Shown: positions 10,756 through 19,688 of the stretch, piece after piece | Numbering within the stretch: position 1 is the first letter of the stretch | How the letters are laid out: each line of letters starts with the position of its first letter | Source of the DNA: Bdellovibrionota bacterium | GTDB taxonomy: Bacteria > Bdellovibrionota_C > UBA2361 > JBGSMV01 | Reading direction: 5' to 3' | Length of the DNA: 51,411 nucleotides | NCBI GenBank assembly: GCA_041739995.1 | Contig: JBGSMV010000052.1 | Span: 1-51,411 of the forward strand | Translations under genes and position numbers: made by a program | The notes under the pieces: generated by a model | What the model was told of the DNA's origin: nothing | Database searches by the model: none | The model's input: only the letters and a program-made list of their open reading frames with translations

Positions 10756-10994
10756 GCGACCTATATGATGCGGGTAAGCCTCTTGCTGAACGACCGAGTC
10801 GTATAAGCCTGTCTATAAGATGTACCTGCACTGCTACGATTTCGAAATTAGCTATCTTTAAAGGAGTGTTAGCGGGAATAGGCACGGCTTTGAGCTAGTG
10901 ACACGCTGTCTCTGCAGGGATAGAAAGAAGGAAGAGGCCCGCAGGAACACCCTAAACGGGGAGCGAGGGCGTCTTGGGGATTACAGGAGCGGCA

Positions 10995-12008
10995 ATGGCA
11001 CTGCCAAAGCGTGTATATATTCGTGAAGTGGGGCCTAGAGAAGGGTTGCAAATCCTAGGGCGAGACTCGTGCGGATCGGGAAGCGAAGGAGCCTTATTTT
11101 CTACCCAAGAGAAGAGTGAGCTGATCTCCCGCTTAGCTGCTACAGGAGTGCCGGAGATTGAGGTTGCCTCGATGGTTCGGGCCGATCGGGTGCCGCAGAT
11201 GGCGGATGCGGATGAACTCATTGCATCGATGTCGGTAAACCCTTTGGTGCGCTACACCGCACTCTATCTAAATCCGCAAGGGTTCGAACGTGCTGAAGCA
11301 CTCGGCAAGTTGAGGAATCAAGGCTGGCTCTACACCGCAACCAGCGACAGTTTTCTCTCAAAGAATGCAAATACAAGCAGAGCAAAGATTATTGCCGGTC
11401 TTGATGCTTGGTTGGAGTTATTTAAGCGCCACGGAAAGGTGTTGCATGGAGTCATGATTTCTACCGCCTTCGGGTGCGGGTATGAAGGGCTTGCCGCGAG
11501 CGATCGATTGCTCGAAGTCAGTGAAGAAATTCTTGGAGCGTTAGCGGAGCGAGGAGTGGTGCCTGCCGAGCTGTCCTTTGCCGATACGGTGGGGCTTGGC
11601 TCACCCGAGCTTGTGCGCGAGCGAGTTCAAGGTTTTCGAAGTCGTTTCCCAAAAATACGTCTGTCGCTGCATTTGCATGATACCAGAGGTTTGGGCATCG
11701 CTAATGCCTATGCTGGACTTCTTGAAGGTATCGATTGTTTCGATGCGTCATTGGGGGGCATGGGAGGCTGTCCGTTTACTCCGGGGGCGGCTGGAAACGT
11801 GGCGACGGAAGATCTCCTCTACCTATGCCAGCAGCTTAGGATTGAGACTAGTATTTCGCTTGATGCCTATGTGGAAACCGTGCGCTGGTTTTCTGCGCTT
11901 TTGGAGAAGAAGCTTTTAGAGTCAAGGGGAAAAGACGGATCAAAGGATGCACTGTTGATGCGATCTTCGGCTCTCTCCGGTAAGTATTTTCGGGCACATG
12001 GTGTCTAG
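10995..12008 (+). CDS. Hydroxymethylglutaryl-CoA lyase family protein
   Basis: EVGPREGLQ, FADTVG, HLHDTRG, GGMGGCPF, GNVATED. AGGAG RBS before ATG 10995. Confidence 0.88.
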   Translation: MALPKRVYIREVGPREGLQILGRDSCGSGSEGALFSTQEKSELISRLAATGVPEIEVASMVRADRVPQMADADELIASMSVNPLVRYTALYLNPQGFERAEALGKLRNQGWLYTATSDSFLSKNANTSRAKIIAGLDAWLELFKRHGKVLHGVMISTAFGCGYEGLAASDRLLEVSEEILGALAERGVVPAELSFADTVGLGSPELVRERVQGFRSRFPKIRLSLHLHDTRGLGIANAYAGLLEGIDCFDASLGGMGGCPFTPGAAGNVATEDLLYLCQQLRIETSISLDAYVETVRWFSALLEKKLLESRGKDGSKDALLMRSSALSGKYFRAHGV

Positions 12009-12036
12009 TGTCTTAAGTTAAGAGTTCAATGGACAA

Positions 12037-12112
12037 TTCTCGCCGAGCTCGTCGAGGTCTTAGTGAATATATTTAATGAATTACACAATGAGTTCAGCGA
12101 GAACAGCGAGAA
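12037..12112 (-). repeat. Palindromic intergenic repeat family A, copy 1 (76 bp)
   Basis: Reverse complement reads TTCTCGCTG..CTCGCTG..CTCATTGTG-TAATTCATTAA...CGAG..CGGCGAGAA, matching 13125-13200 and 41092-41167. Confidence 0.9.
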
Positions 12113-12225
12113 AAATGCTGGGAGGCATTCCAACTCAATACACTAACGCTATCAAGGCGCTTGTGTCCTCTATGGTGGAGCGTTATTGAGAAGGGAGCAT
12201 TTAGACGAAACGGGAGGTGAAAATC

Positions 12226-12516
12226 ATGAAAAGCTTCTTTGTTCCGTTTAGTTCAGGCGAGCCAGCAACGATCAGTGTAAATGGGCACCGCTTAGTTCTG
12301 CTGTCTCGGAGCTCTCGATTGATCTCGGAATCACTCCCGCATCTTGGAGCTGATTCGATTCGACGTTTGCGATGCAGCAAGACACGCGCGGCAGAGGAAC
12401 GCTTACTTCAACGAGTTTCATCCTGGGCGAAGGCGGGAATTGTAATTGCTCCGAAGGGAGTTGAGCTGGCTTCTGTGATCGAGAACTTAGAATCGGAGCT
12501 ACCGTGGATTCAGTAG
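12226..12516 (+). CDS. Hypothetical protein
   Basis: GGAGG 8 nt before ATG 12226; overlaps the next ORF. Confidence 0.7.
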   Translation: MKSFFVPFSSGEPATISVNGHRLVLLSRSSRLISESLPHLGADSIRRLRCSKTRAAEERLLQRVSSWAKAGIVIAPKGVELASVIENLESELPWIQ

Positions 12517-13034
12517 AATGCGGGGAGCTTCCGCTGTTAAGGCTTGCGCAAAGGAGTGCTGTGCGAGTTGTGCTGAGCGCATTCTTCGTCGCCTACCTCA
12601 CGGCCTGTACTCCTGACGTGAGGGATCGACCTCCTGGGTTTATTCGACTGGCACCTGTCTGGGCCTTGGTGCGTCCGGAGACAATTATCGAACGATCTGC
12701 GGTGATGGTGCGTTACGACGAACAGGGCTTTTCGGTGATGAGCACGCTTTCGACCTATGACTTAAGCCGTTTGCAACGGGTTAGGGTGGGAGAGAGCTGG
12801 CATTGGGCCTCAAAGACCGATGGAAGCGAATTTGCCGCAGACGGCACGGTCCTTAAGGGGCCAGCGGTCGCGGCGCTGCCCTATTACGAGATGATAGTGG
12901 ATTATGGGGGAGTCGACAGCACACAACCCGAGACCTTGTACGCAAAACTCGGAAGTCAGAAACCACCGACTTATCGTCTCAAGCCTCCGGAGCATCTGTT
13001 GATTTCTCCAGATGCCGCAACCCCGCCGCCATAG
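12504..13034 (+). CDS. Lipoprotein with a Rieske-like fold lacking all Cys/His ligands
   Basis: Lipobox LTAC. STLSTYDLS and SKTDGSEFAADGTVLKGPA..ALPYY align with Rieske CTHLGC and CPCHGSxFxxxGxVxxGPAxxPLxxY. Confidence 0.7.
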   Translation: MDSVECGELPLLRLAQRSAVRVVLSAFFVAYLTACTPDVRDRPPGFIRLAPVWALVRPETIIERSAVMVRYDEQGFSVMSTLSTYDLSRLQRVRVGESWHWASKTDGSEFAADGTVLKGPAVAALPYYEMIVDYGGVDSTQPETLYAKLGSQKPPTYRLKPPEHLLISPDAATPPP

Positions 13035-13124
13035 AGCAAAAGCCAATTGGAAGCGCACTACAATAACTTCCCCGACGCACAGGTTTTTTCGCGAGCCTGC
13101 TGTTGTCCCTAGTTGGCAGTTTCT

Positions 13125-13200
13125 TTCTCGCTGCCCTCGCTGGACTCATTGTAGAATTCATTAAGATTATTCACAAAGAGATCAGCGAGCACAGCGAGGG
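13125..13200 (+). repeat. Palindromic intergenic repeat family A, copy 2
   Basis: TTCTCGCTGCCCTCGCTGGACTCATTG...AATTCATTAA...CACAAAGAGATCAGCGAGCACAGCGAG; between convergent genes. Confidence 0.9.
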
Positions 13201-13258
13201 GCATTCATCGATCGCTTAGACCGAGATACTAGAAATTTCGGAATCAGAACACGAGAAC

Positions 13259-14737
13259 CTATTCGATGTCTGCCGGAGCAGTTGAACTAAGAATCTGGTC
13301 CATCGGAGTGCGAGTGCTGGTTTCGAATGAATTGGCGACATGAGGTTTCGGCAGTGCGGCGATTTGGGTGCCCCCGTACCATAGGTGCATCTCTGAAGTT
13401 TCAGGCTTTGGTTCCAAACGTTGATCAATAAAAATGAGTTGAAGCGAGAGTGGCCCGGATTGTACCGGGAAAAAGACTCGCACGTCAGTCGGAGCTCCTT
13501 CGATCATCGCCATATGGGGGAACGCTGCCCAAACAGGCTCTCCGTTCGGACCAGTGACTCTAAACTGGAGTGGGCGAAAACCACGGAAATTAAATTCAGG
13601 ATCTGAAGCTTCAAGATCGAGGTGGAGTGCCTGTTGCTCGTCAACCCAGGCTCTTTCAAGCTTCAGCGAAGGACTTGGAGGTAGGCCTGACACTCGTGCA
13701 ACGTTGGCTGCCCACAACAAGGTGCAGATTCCGAGTATTTGGCAAGCGCGTCGTGGTGGAAGCAGCCATTCTACAGAGCGTGCTACAAACGATCCCTCTG
13801 AAGTGAGCTGAGCATGACGGTGGAAAGTCTCTTTAGATGATGCTGAATCGCCTGTAATTTTTTGCCATTCTGCCTCCGACAAAAGATGAAGACCAAAGCT
13901 GGTGGTCAGTAGAGAGCAGAGCAACCATTGAACTCCGCTGAACAAGTCAGCAAGGAGACAAAGCCCCAGGGAGCGACCGTCCGGATAGGGTGCAAGGAGT
14001 AGGAGCACCGGCAGGAACTGGAGTGCCGAGGGAGCAAGTACAGACTTGATGGGTGACCATGGATCGCGTGCGACCAGTTCGCGGCAAAGGCTGATTCGCT
14101 CTGGCAACGCCATGCCTGGCAGTGGAAGCGTAAAGCTCCAATAGTAATGAATGTACCAAACAAATCCCGCCGGTAATGCCATGAAAAGAGCGGGTCCGAT
14201 TCCTCCGGGGCTGCCTGCCGTCCAGAGGATCTCCAGCGGTATCACTCCCGAGGGGCACAGCAGCGTGACCCATGAAATGAGACCGACGGCGAAGAATATG
14301 AAACATGAGAGTAGCATGGCCTTGGGGCGGCGCTTCTGTAGCGGGTTAACCTGAGCAAGGGCGAGGTGGACTATTGCGAGTAGAACTCCAAGTTCGATGA
14401 GGCGCTCCGCCAGTCTGAGCGCAATTAAAACTCCTGGATTGGAAGGACTAAAGAGGGTCAATGCCAAGCGTGGCAGAACGAGCAGGAGATACAGCGAGGC
14501 AAAAGTGAGACGAGATTCCGCCAGCAGGGAGAGGGCACCTGAGTAGGGGCTGTGAGGCGCTCTTTTGGTGCTTAGCGGTGGCTTGATGCTTGGCAGTGAC
14601 GGATCTGTCCTCCCAGCCGCTTGTGATTCGCCCGCGTGCTTAGTCGAGGCTGAATCAAGCTCTGTAATCTGTGATGTCGCCGCCATTTCAGGAGGCTGTG
14701 TTCCCGTCTGATTCCCGCGTTTATCTCTCGTCCCCAT
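13259..14737 (-). CDS. Hypothetical multi-pass membrane protein with C-terminal soluble domain (start uncertain)
   Basis: Long ORF with roughly 7 hydrophobic segments; fills the gap between neighbours. Confidence 0.7.
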   Translation of the reverse strand: MGTRDKRGNQTGTQPPEMAATSQITELDSASTKHAGESQAAGRTDPSLPSIKPPLSTKRAPHSPYSGALSLLAESRLTFASLYLLLVLPRLALTLFSPSNPGVLIALRLAERLIELGVLLAIVHLALAQVNPLQKRRPKAMLLSCFIFFAVGLISWVTLLCPSGVIPLEILWTAGSPGGIGPALFMALPAGFVWYIHYYWSFTLPLPGMALPERISLCRELVARDPWSPIKSVLAPSALQFLPVLLLLAPYPDGRSLGLCLLADLFSGVQWLLCSLLTTSFGLHLLSEAEWQKITGDSASSKETFHRHAQLTSEGSFVARSVEWLLPPRRACQILGICTLLWAANVARVSGLPPSPSLKLERAWVDEQQALHLDLEASDPEFNFRGFRPLQFRVTGPNGEPVWAAFPHMAMIEGAPTDVRVFFPVQSGPLSLQLIFIDQRLEPKPETSEMHLWYGGTQIAALPKPHVANSFETSTRTPMDQILSSTAPADIE

Positions 14738-14790
14738 AGTGCTGTTCGTAACTCAAATAGCTGAAGGAAGGTAGACGGGTAGCGGGGGGA

Positions 14791-16029
14791 GTGGCTACAC
14801 TCTCGCCTATGGAAGAATTGAGAGACACCATCGCGGTGCTGGGCTCTCCAGAGGAAAAACTGCTTCGGCTGCTTGCCAAGCTAGGGTACCGCCTGGAACA
14901 GGCCAACGAGAAAACGCCATTGAGTACCCTTTTGGATACTCGAGTGGTTGATCTCATCTTGATCGCCGCTGATAGCGTACCTGAGTTCCGAGATATTGTG
15001 GCACATCTTCGCCAAGACGAAGCAACCAGGCGTACCCCAGTAGTCATCAGTGGTATCTCCGCGGCGCTGATGAAGGAGCTTGCCACCGAAAAGGTAGACA
15101 AGTGCGAGTTCATACCTCAAGGGGCACCGATCGCGAGTGTTTCCGTTAAAGTGGCCACTCTACTGCGTCTACGAAAAATGGCCGGCGGAGACTCTCAGAG
15201 CGCTAGTGTCGGCGAGGCGAACGCCATGCTGCGTGATCTTAACACGCGCTTCCAAAAGGAGTTGGAGGAAGCAAAGAAAATTCAGTTGGGATTGCTTCCT
15301 CGCGTATTGCCAAAGGGCTCGGGGTTTGATCTGGCGGTGACCTATCAGCCGCTCGATGGGGTTGGAGGAGACTGGTATTTTGTCAGAGAGGTTCCTGGGG
15401 AGAAGCTCTCGATTCAAATTGCGGATGTGACCGGCCACGGACTCTCCGCGGCTTTCATTTGTAGTATGACAAAGCTGGCACTGACTGCCGTTGTTCAGGG
15501 CGGTGGCATACAGAACGGAAGTGCAGGGGGCGCTGGCGTGGAGCTTGACCGAGAGCAGCCTGAAGTTTTGCTTGAGCGCATGAACTCGTTGCTTGCCCCA
15601 CAGCTTCCTGACGAGCGCTTCGTTACCGCAGCTACGTTGCGCTATCATCCCGCTTCCGGAGCACTTGAATATGCGCGTGCGGGCCACCCACCAGCAATTC
15701 TTTTTCGACGAAGCGACAGTTCCTTTAGCGAGCTTAAGGGCAGCGGTTTTGCGCTTGGGTTTATGGACGAGGCTCAATATGTTCCGGTCAGTGAGAAGCT
15801 CGCTCCTGGCGATCTTTTGGTGCTCTATACCGACGGTATCACCGAAGCGCAGAACCGAAGTCTTGAACTGTACGGTACCGAGCGCTTAGTTAAAGTACTG
15901 CAGCGCAGCACCGGTGAAATGTCGGCCGAGCAGGTGCTGCAAAGTATGCTTGAAGATTTCACTGCTTTTTCGGATGGGCGTATTTTGAAAGACGATGTGA
16001 CGGTTGTGGTGCTTAAACGAGTCAGTTGA
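14791..16029 (+). CDS. PP2C/SpoIIE (RsbU-like) phosphatase with degenerate N-terminal receiver-like domain
   Basis: IQLGLLP, VGGDWY, IADVTGHG, YARAGHPP, LYTDG, DDVT. Confidence 0.9.
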   Translation: MATLSPMEELRDTIAVLGSPEEKLLRLLAKLGYRLEQANEKTPLSTLLDTRVVDLILIAADSVPEFRDIVAHLRQDEATRRTPVVISGISAALMKELATEKVDKCEFIPQGAPIASVSVKVATLLRLRKMAGGDSQSASVGEANAMLRDLNTRFQKELEEAKKIQLGLLPRVLPKGSGFDLAVTYQPLDGVGGDWYFVREVPGEKLSIQIADVTGHGLSAAFICSMTKLALTAVVQGGGIQNGSAGGAGVELDREQPEVLLERMNSLLAPQLPDERFVTAATLRYHPASGALEYARAGHPPAILFRRSDSSFSELKGSGFALGFMDEAQYVPVSEKLAPGDLLVLYTDGITEAQNRSLELYGTERLVKVLQRSTGEMSAEQVLQSMLEDFTAFSDGRILKDDVTVVVLKRVS

Positions 16030-16100
16030 GCGGGGTGAAATGATTCAGCTGATTCATTTCGATGGGGTCCTCGCAGGTTGAGTTTGATCGTGAAGGCACG

Positions 16101-16189
16101 GTTTTCACCACAGAGGACGCGGAGTTACGCGGAGGGGGACTCCTCCCTTTGTGATTCGCTGAGTCCTCGGTAGTGAAGTGAAACGTTGG
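16101..16189. repeat. Palindromic intergenic repeat family B, copy 2
   Basis: GTTTTCACCACAGAGGACGCGGAG...GGTAGTGAAG..AACGTTGG, homologous to 8131-8214. Confidence 0.8.
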
Positions 16190-16267
16190 TGAGATAAAAC
16201 GCTCTGGAGTTCACCGTCAGTTGAATATCTAGTTTCTCAGATTTTTGATTAGCTTGTCACCTTGCCA

Positions 16268-16759
16268 ATGAACTCTATACTCACCGATCACTTGCACTCC
16301 TCCCTTACGGTATTCCCTTCAGCCACGCTTACTTTAGCACTCCTTTTTGAATGCTGGGTTGTCTTTTATCGCCAGAGCACCATGCGATTGGTCGTCTTGG
16401 TGTTGGTGACGGTGGGAACGCTTGGTGTTATCGCCGCATTTGTATCCGGCTATGTTGCTGCGGAGGGCGCAGATCGTTTCTTCCTCGTGCCGGACGAAGC
16501 AATAAGCACGCATCATGAAACGGGACGCTTCCTCTTGTTTGGATCGATTGCGATGTGCGGCCTGTGGTGGATTGCTCGATTCGCAAAGGTGAAGGCGGAA
16601 GTCTTTCAGTGCTGCGCACGTGTTTTGTTGGTCGTTGTCGTTGGACTATGTGCGTATACGGCCTTTCTCGGTGGCGAACTGGTGCAGCACTACGGTGCAG
16701 GGGTGCATGCGACCGGGGCGGTGATTAATAGCAGCACCGCTCAAGGTGCAAACCAGTAA
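16268..16759 (+). CDS. DUF2231-like 4-TM membrane protein
   Basis: Four hydrophobic segments; H..L.VFP at the N-terminus, HH, and C-terminal GGELVQHYGAGV. Confidence 0.65.
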   Translation: MNSILTDHLHSSLTVFPSATLTLALLFECWVVFYRQSTMRLVVLVLVTVGTLGVIAAFVSGYVAAEGADRFFLVPDEAISTHHETGRFLLFGSIAMCGLWWIARFAKVKAEVFQCCARVLLVVVVGLCAYTAFLGGELVQHYGAGVHATGAVINSSTAQGANQ

Positions 16760-16839
16760 TCAGAGTTATTTGCGACATCGTTTAGGTAGCAAGTCGTCAA
16801 GGGGGAATCCCGCGATTCTTCTCAACTACGGCGCCTGGA

Positions 16840-17078
16840 CGATGCTTTAGTGGGTGAGCGTGCCTTCTGGTTAGGATTTATTATCGTGGGGACAAGGAGA
16901 GAGCGGAGCGTAGGCTAGGACTGTATCAGGAATGCGCACGTGCATATGGGGGGGCTGGCTCAGTCTGAATCTTAGACAAGAAAACCAGTTTCCTTCCGCT
17001 CCCTCAGGGGTCTCCGCGTAAATGAAAAATAACCAGAAGGCGTGAAGGACCTGAGAACTCAGTTGATGGATACGCGAT
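16840..17078 (-). repeat. Repeat family C, copy 2 (239 bp, order Y-X on the minus strand), bounded by CGAT direct repeats
   Basis: CGAT at 16840-16843 and 17075-17078. Internal perfect 12-bp inverted repeat GCCTTCTGGTTA (16862-16873) / TAACCAGAAGGC (17030-17041). Homologous to 9150-9378. Confidence 0.9.
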
Positions 17079-17151
17079 CTGACGGCTACCATTACGCCAC
17101 GAAGGTAGAAAATTGTGGTTTACTGAGGTTCCTTGGGTATTTTTCGTGTTG

Positions 17152-17802
17152 TTACGATCGTCGTAGGCGATTCGGGCGTTTTTTCTGCGCCGTGACACCG
17201 CCTTGCACTTTGGTTGGAGCGCCGCCCCCGGGAACCCAGAGATATTCAGGAGTTTTTGTGCGCGCCGATTCGTAGCGTGCCATGGCGAAAAGAAGGTCGC
17301 TCAGTCGATTGAGATAGCGAATCGGCTCCCGCAAACGCGACACCTTTTTTCGTTCGGCACGCGCTAGTGAGAGCACTCGACGTTCTGCACGCCGACACAC
17401 CGCTCGTGCGACGTGCAACGCCGCATTCATCGGCGAGCCGCCGGGCAGGACGAAAGAGCGTAGTTCGGGTAAGTTTCCTGAAAGCTCATCAATTAAATGC
17501 TCAAGATGCTGTACCGCTTGAGGCGCGGTCTTCTTCATTTGAGGCCATTCTTTTCCCGCAGGTGTGGCAAGTTCAGCTCCGAGGTCAAAAAGTTCATTTT
17601 GAAGCTGCTCGGTAATAGCGATTATGCGCTTGGCCTTGATGCGTACCGCTTCAGTGCGAATCACCCCAAGCCAGCAATTGAGTTCGTCAACCTCGCCATA
17701 AGCTTCGACTTGGAGCGAGTCCTTAAGAATTCGGTCGCCTCCGACTAGCCCAGTGGTGCCGTCATCGCCGGTACGTGTATAAATTCTATTTATTTTCACC
17801 AT
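17152..17802 (-). CDS. pduO: Cob(I)alamin adenosyltransferase, PduO type
   Basis: IYTRTGDDGTT, YGEVDELN, FVLPGG, CRRAER, YLNRLSDLLF. Confidence 0.93.
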   Translation of the reverse strand: MVKINRIYTRTGDDGTTGLVGGDRILKDSLQVEAYGEVDELNCWLGVIRTEAVRIKAKRIIAITEQLQNELFDLGAELATPAGKEWPQMKKTAPQAVQHLEHLIDELSGNLPELRSFVLPGGSPMNAALHVARAVCRRAERRVLSLARAERKKVSRLREPIRYLNRLSDLLFAMARYESARTKTPEYLWVPGGGAPTKVQGGVTAQKKRPNRLRRS

Positions 17803-17811
17803 GGAAAGAGC

Positions 17812-18114
17812 TTACTCGATCTTTTGTTCGGCGAGAACTATGGCGAGTGCGCTATCGCTGGCTTGGTCAAAAACCTTACGAACGGCGGTTGCGATCGCTT
17901 CAGTGAGGAGCTCTTGCGCTGGTGCAGGAAGGGACGCAGCGCGAGTACGGATGGCGTCAATGACCTGCTGAATGGTGGTGTCCGATATGCACACCAGGAG
18001 TCCGCGTGAGGGGTCCAATTCAAGGCCCAGTTTGTTCTCTCGTAAGAGGTGACACAGCACGGCATCGGAGAGGCACAGTTGACGCTGAAATTGACTAAGT
18101 TCGATATGCGTCAT
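17812..18114 (-). CDS. Hypothetical protein
   Basis: Start overlaps the upstream stop (ATGA); ends 9 nt before pduO. Confidence 0.7.
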   Translation of the reverse strand: MTHIELSQFQRQLCLSDAVLCHLLRENKLGLELDPSRGLLVCISDTTIQQVIDAIRTRAASLPAPAQELLTEAIATAVRKVFDQASDSALAIVLAEQKIE

Positions 18115-19688
18115 GATTCAGTCCGTATTGGAAGTTTTCTCAGCAAGAGCTCTCTGGTCGCCGCTGCATGCTCATTGCAGAGTTCGAGCAGGAGCGGGTC
18201 ATCTCCTACAATCTCCGCCGCACGCGTGATATCGCCACCACAGGCAGCGACTGCCCCGAGCCGTGTATGTTCGATCAGCGATTCAATGGAGCGTTGCAGA
18301 GAGGAATTCTCGCCCTGTAGCGCTTCTCTGGAGACCAGTGCCGCCGCCTGTGAAATAACGTCGGCTCCTGTGCTGGCAGATCCTCTGCTTCTTTGTTCAA
18401 AAATTGAGGCGACCATGGCCTCGCTGATGATTTGCTGTTCTTCAAGGTCTGCAATTTCGCTCAATTGCGCCACGGTATTCTCGAGTTGCCGGAGATTTCC
18501 CGGCCAACGATGACTAAACAGCAGACGATAGGCGCCTGGGGTAAGACCGTATACCAACAGCGCCTGAGGACGCTGCCTACGGACCTTCGCGAGCGCATGT
18601 GCCAGACCCGCGGCGATATCGAGGCGTCTCTCGGAAAGCGGAAGAAGATCGAGCTGCACTCGCTCTAGTCGGTAGGCGAAGTCATGACGAAGCACGTCAG
18701 ACTCCATCATGTCGTATAGTTCTCGATTTGAGGCGAAGACAAATCGCACGTCGGCGTCAATGCTTTCTGCACTGCCGACACGGCGATACGATTTATTTTC
18801 GATGAAGGTGATGAGCTTGCCTTGTAGGTCCTTATCGATACTTTGAAGTTCGTCGATAAACAGCGTGCCCTTCTCGGCACTTTTCACTAGACCCCACTTA
18901 TCTACGGCTCCAGTGTATGCGCCTGCAACCGCTCCGAAAAGCTCCGCTTGAACGAGCTCCGAGCTCGAAAAATCTCGCGGGGTGATGCTTACGAACTGCC
19001 CTTTGCGTCCAGAAAGCAGATGAAGCGCGTAGGCAAGATTAGTTTTACCAGTACCCGTCTGACCGATGATTATCGGGTTTTCGTTTAAGTAGCTGGCGTA
19101 TCTCGGAAGCCAACGCATCCACAGCGCGCGGCTGCTTGGATCCGCAAGTGACTGCACCCATCCGAATTCGCCGAGTGAGGGAAGCGGAATTTTACCCTGA
19201 GCGCGGCGCTGCATTTCTGATTGCCCAAGCCGGATAGTTTGGACAGCTTGTTCGATCAGGGAGGGCAATCCTCCAATCAATGAGGGCGGACTTGCGATGA
19301 ATGAGTCAACCCAGCCTGAGGCATTGAGGTCGTGCTCGTCGGCAAACAGCAGATCTCCGCCAAAGAACAACTTTGCCGGGTCGCTCAATGCGACGATGAC
19401 GTACACTTCCTTTTTGTATCTGGTACGCAACTCGCGCAGTATCTCGCGCAGCTGCACGTGGGCACGGTCGGAGTAGCGCAGTCCAATTTCAAATAGGAGC
19501 ACAGACGGTCTGTTTGAGAGAATATTGCTCCAGGCTTCGCTCAGCAGTGCAGTAGAGACTTGTAGAGCAGGGGTGGATTCGCGACCGTCCTTGCTTGGGA
19601 TCGCCGCCGCGAGCGCGCTCGCAATCCGGCGCGTGGTCTCGGGTGAGCCGAACAGTGCAATACGGGTATCGGTATTCTTCTCGTTCAT
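18111..19688 (-). CDS. Sigma54-dependent enhancer-binding protein with GAYTGA loop and atypical N-terminal domain
   Basis: Walker A GQTGTGKT, ELFG..GAYTGA, Walker B LFIDE, RFVFASN, WPGNLRQL, Fis-like HTH (CGGDITRAAEIVG). Confidence 0.9.
   Translation of the reverse strand: MNEKNTDTRIALFGSPETTRRIASALAAAIPSKDGRESTPALQVSTALLSEAWSNILSNRPSVLLFEIGLRYSDRAHVQLREILRELRTRYKKEVYVIVALSDPAKLFFGGDLLFADEHDLNASGWVDSFIASPPSLIGGLPSLIEQAVQTIRLGQSEMQRRAQGKIPLPSLGEFGWVQSLADPSSRALWMRWLPRYASYLNENPIIIGQTGTGKTNLAYALHLLSGRKGQFVSITPRDFSSSELVQAELFGAVAGAYTGAVDKWGLVKSAEKGTLFIDELQSIDKDLQGKLITFIENKSYRRVGSAESIDADVRFVFASNRELYDMMESDVLRHDFAYRLERVQLDLLPLSERRLDIAAGLAHALAKVRRQRPQALLVYGLTPGAYRLLFSHRWPGNLRQLENTVAQLSEIADLEEQQIISEAMVASIFEQRSRGSASTGADVISQAAALVSREALQGENSSLQRSIESLIEHTRLGAVAACGGDITRAAEIVGDDPLLLELCNEHAAATRELLLRKLPIRTES

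Noticed and set aside
16334..16357. CIRCE element
   Set aside because: The left half TTAGCACTC is perfect, but the spacer is 6 rather than 9, the right half is poor, and it lies inside a CDS.
16840..17078. Viroid-like or hammerhead ribozyme, or cobalamin riboswitch, in repeat C
   Set aside because: No CTGANGA core found on either strand, no B12-box motifs, and it lies downstream of pduO rather than upstream.
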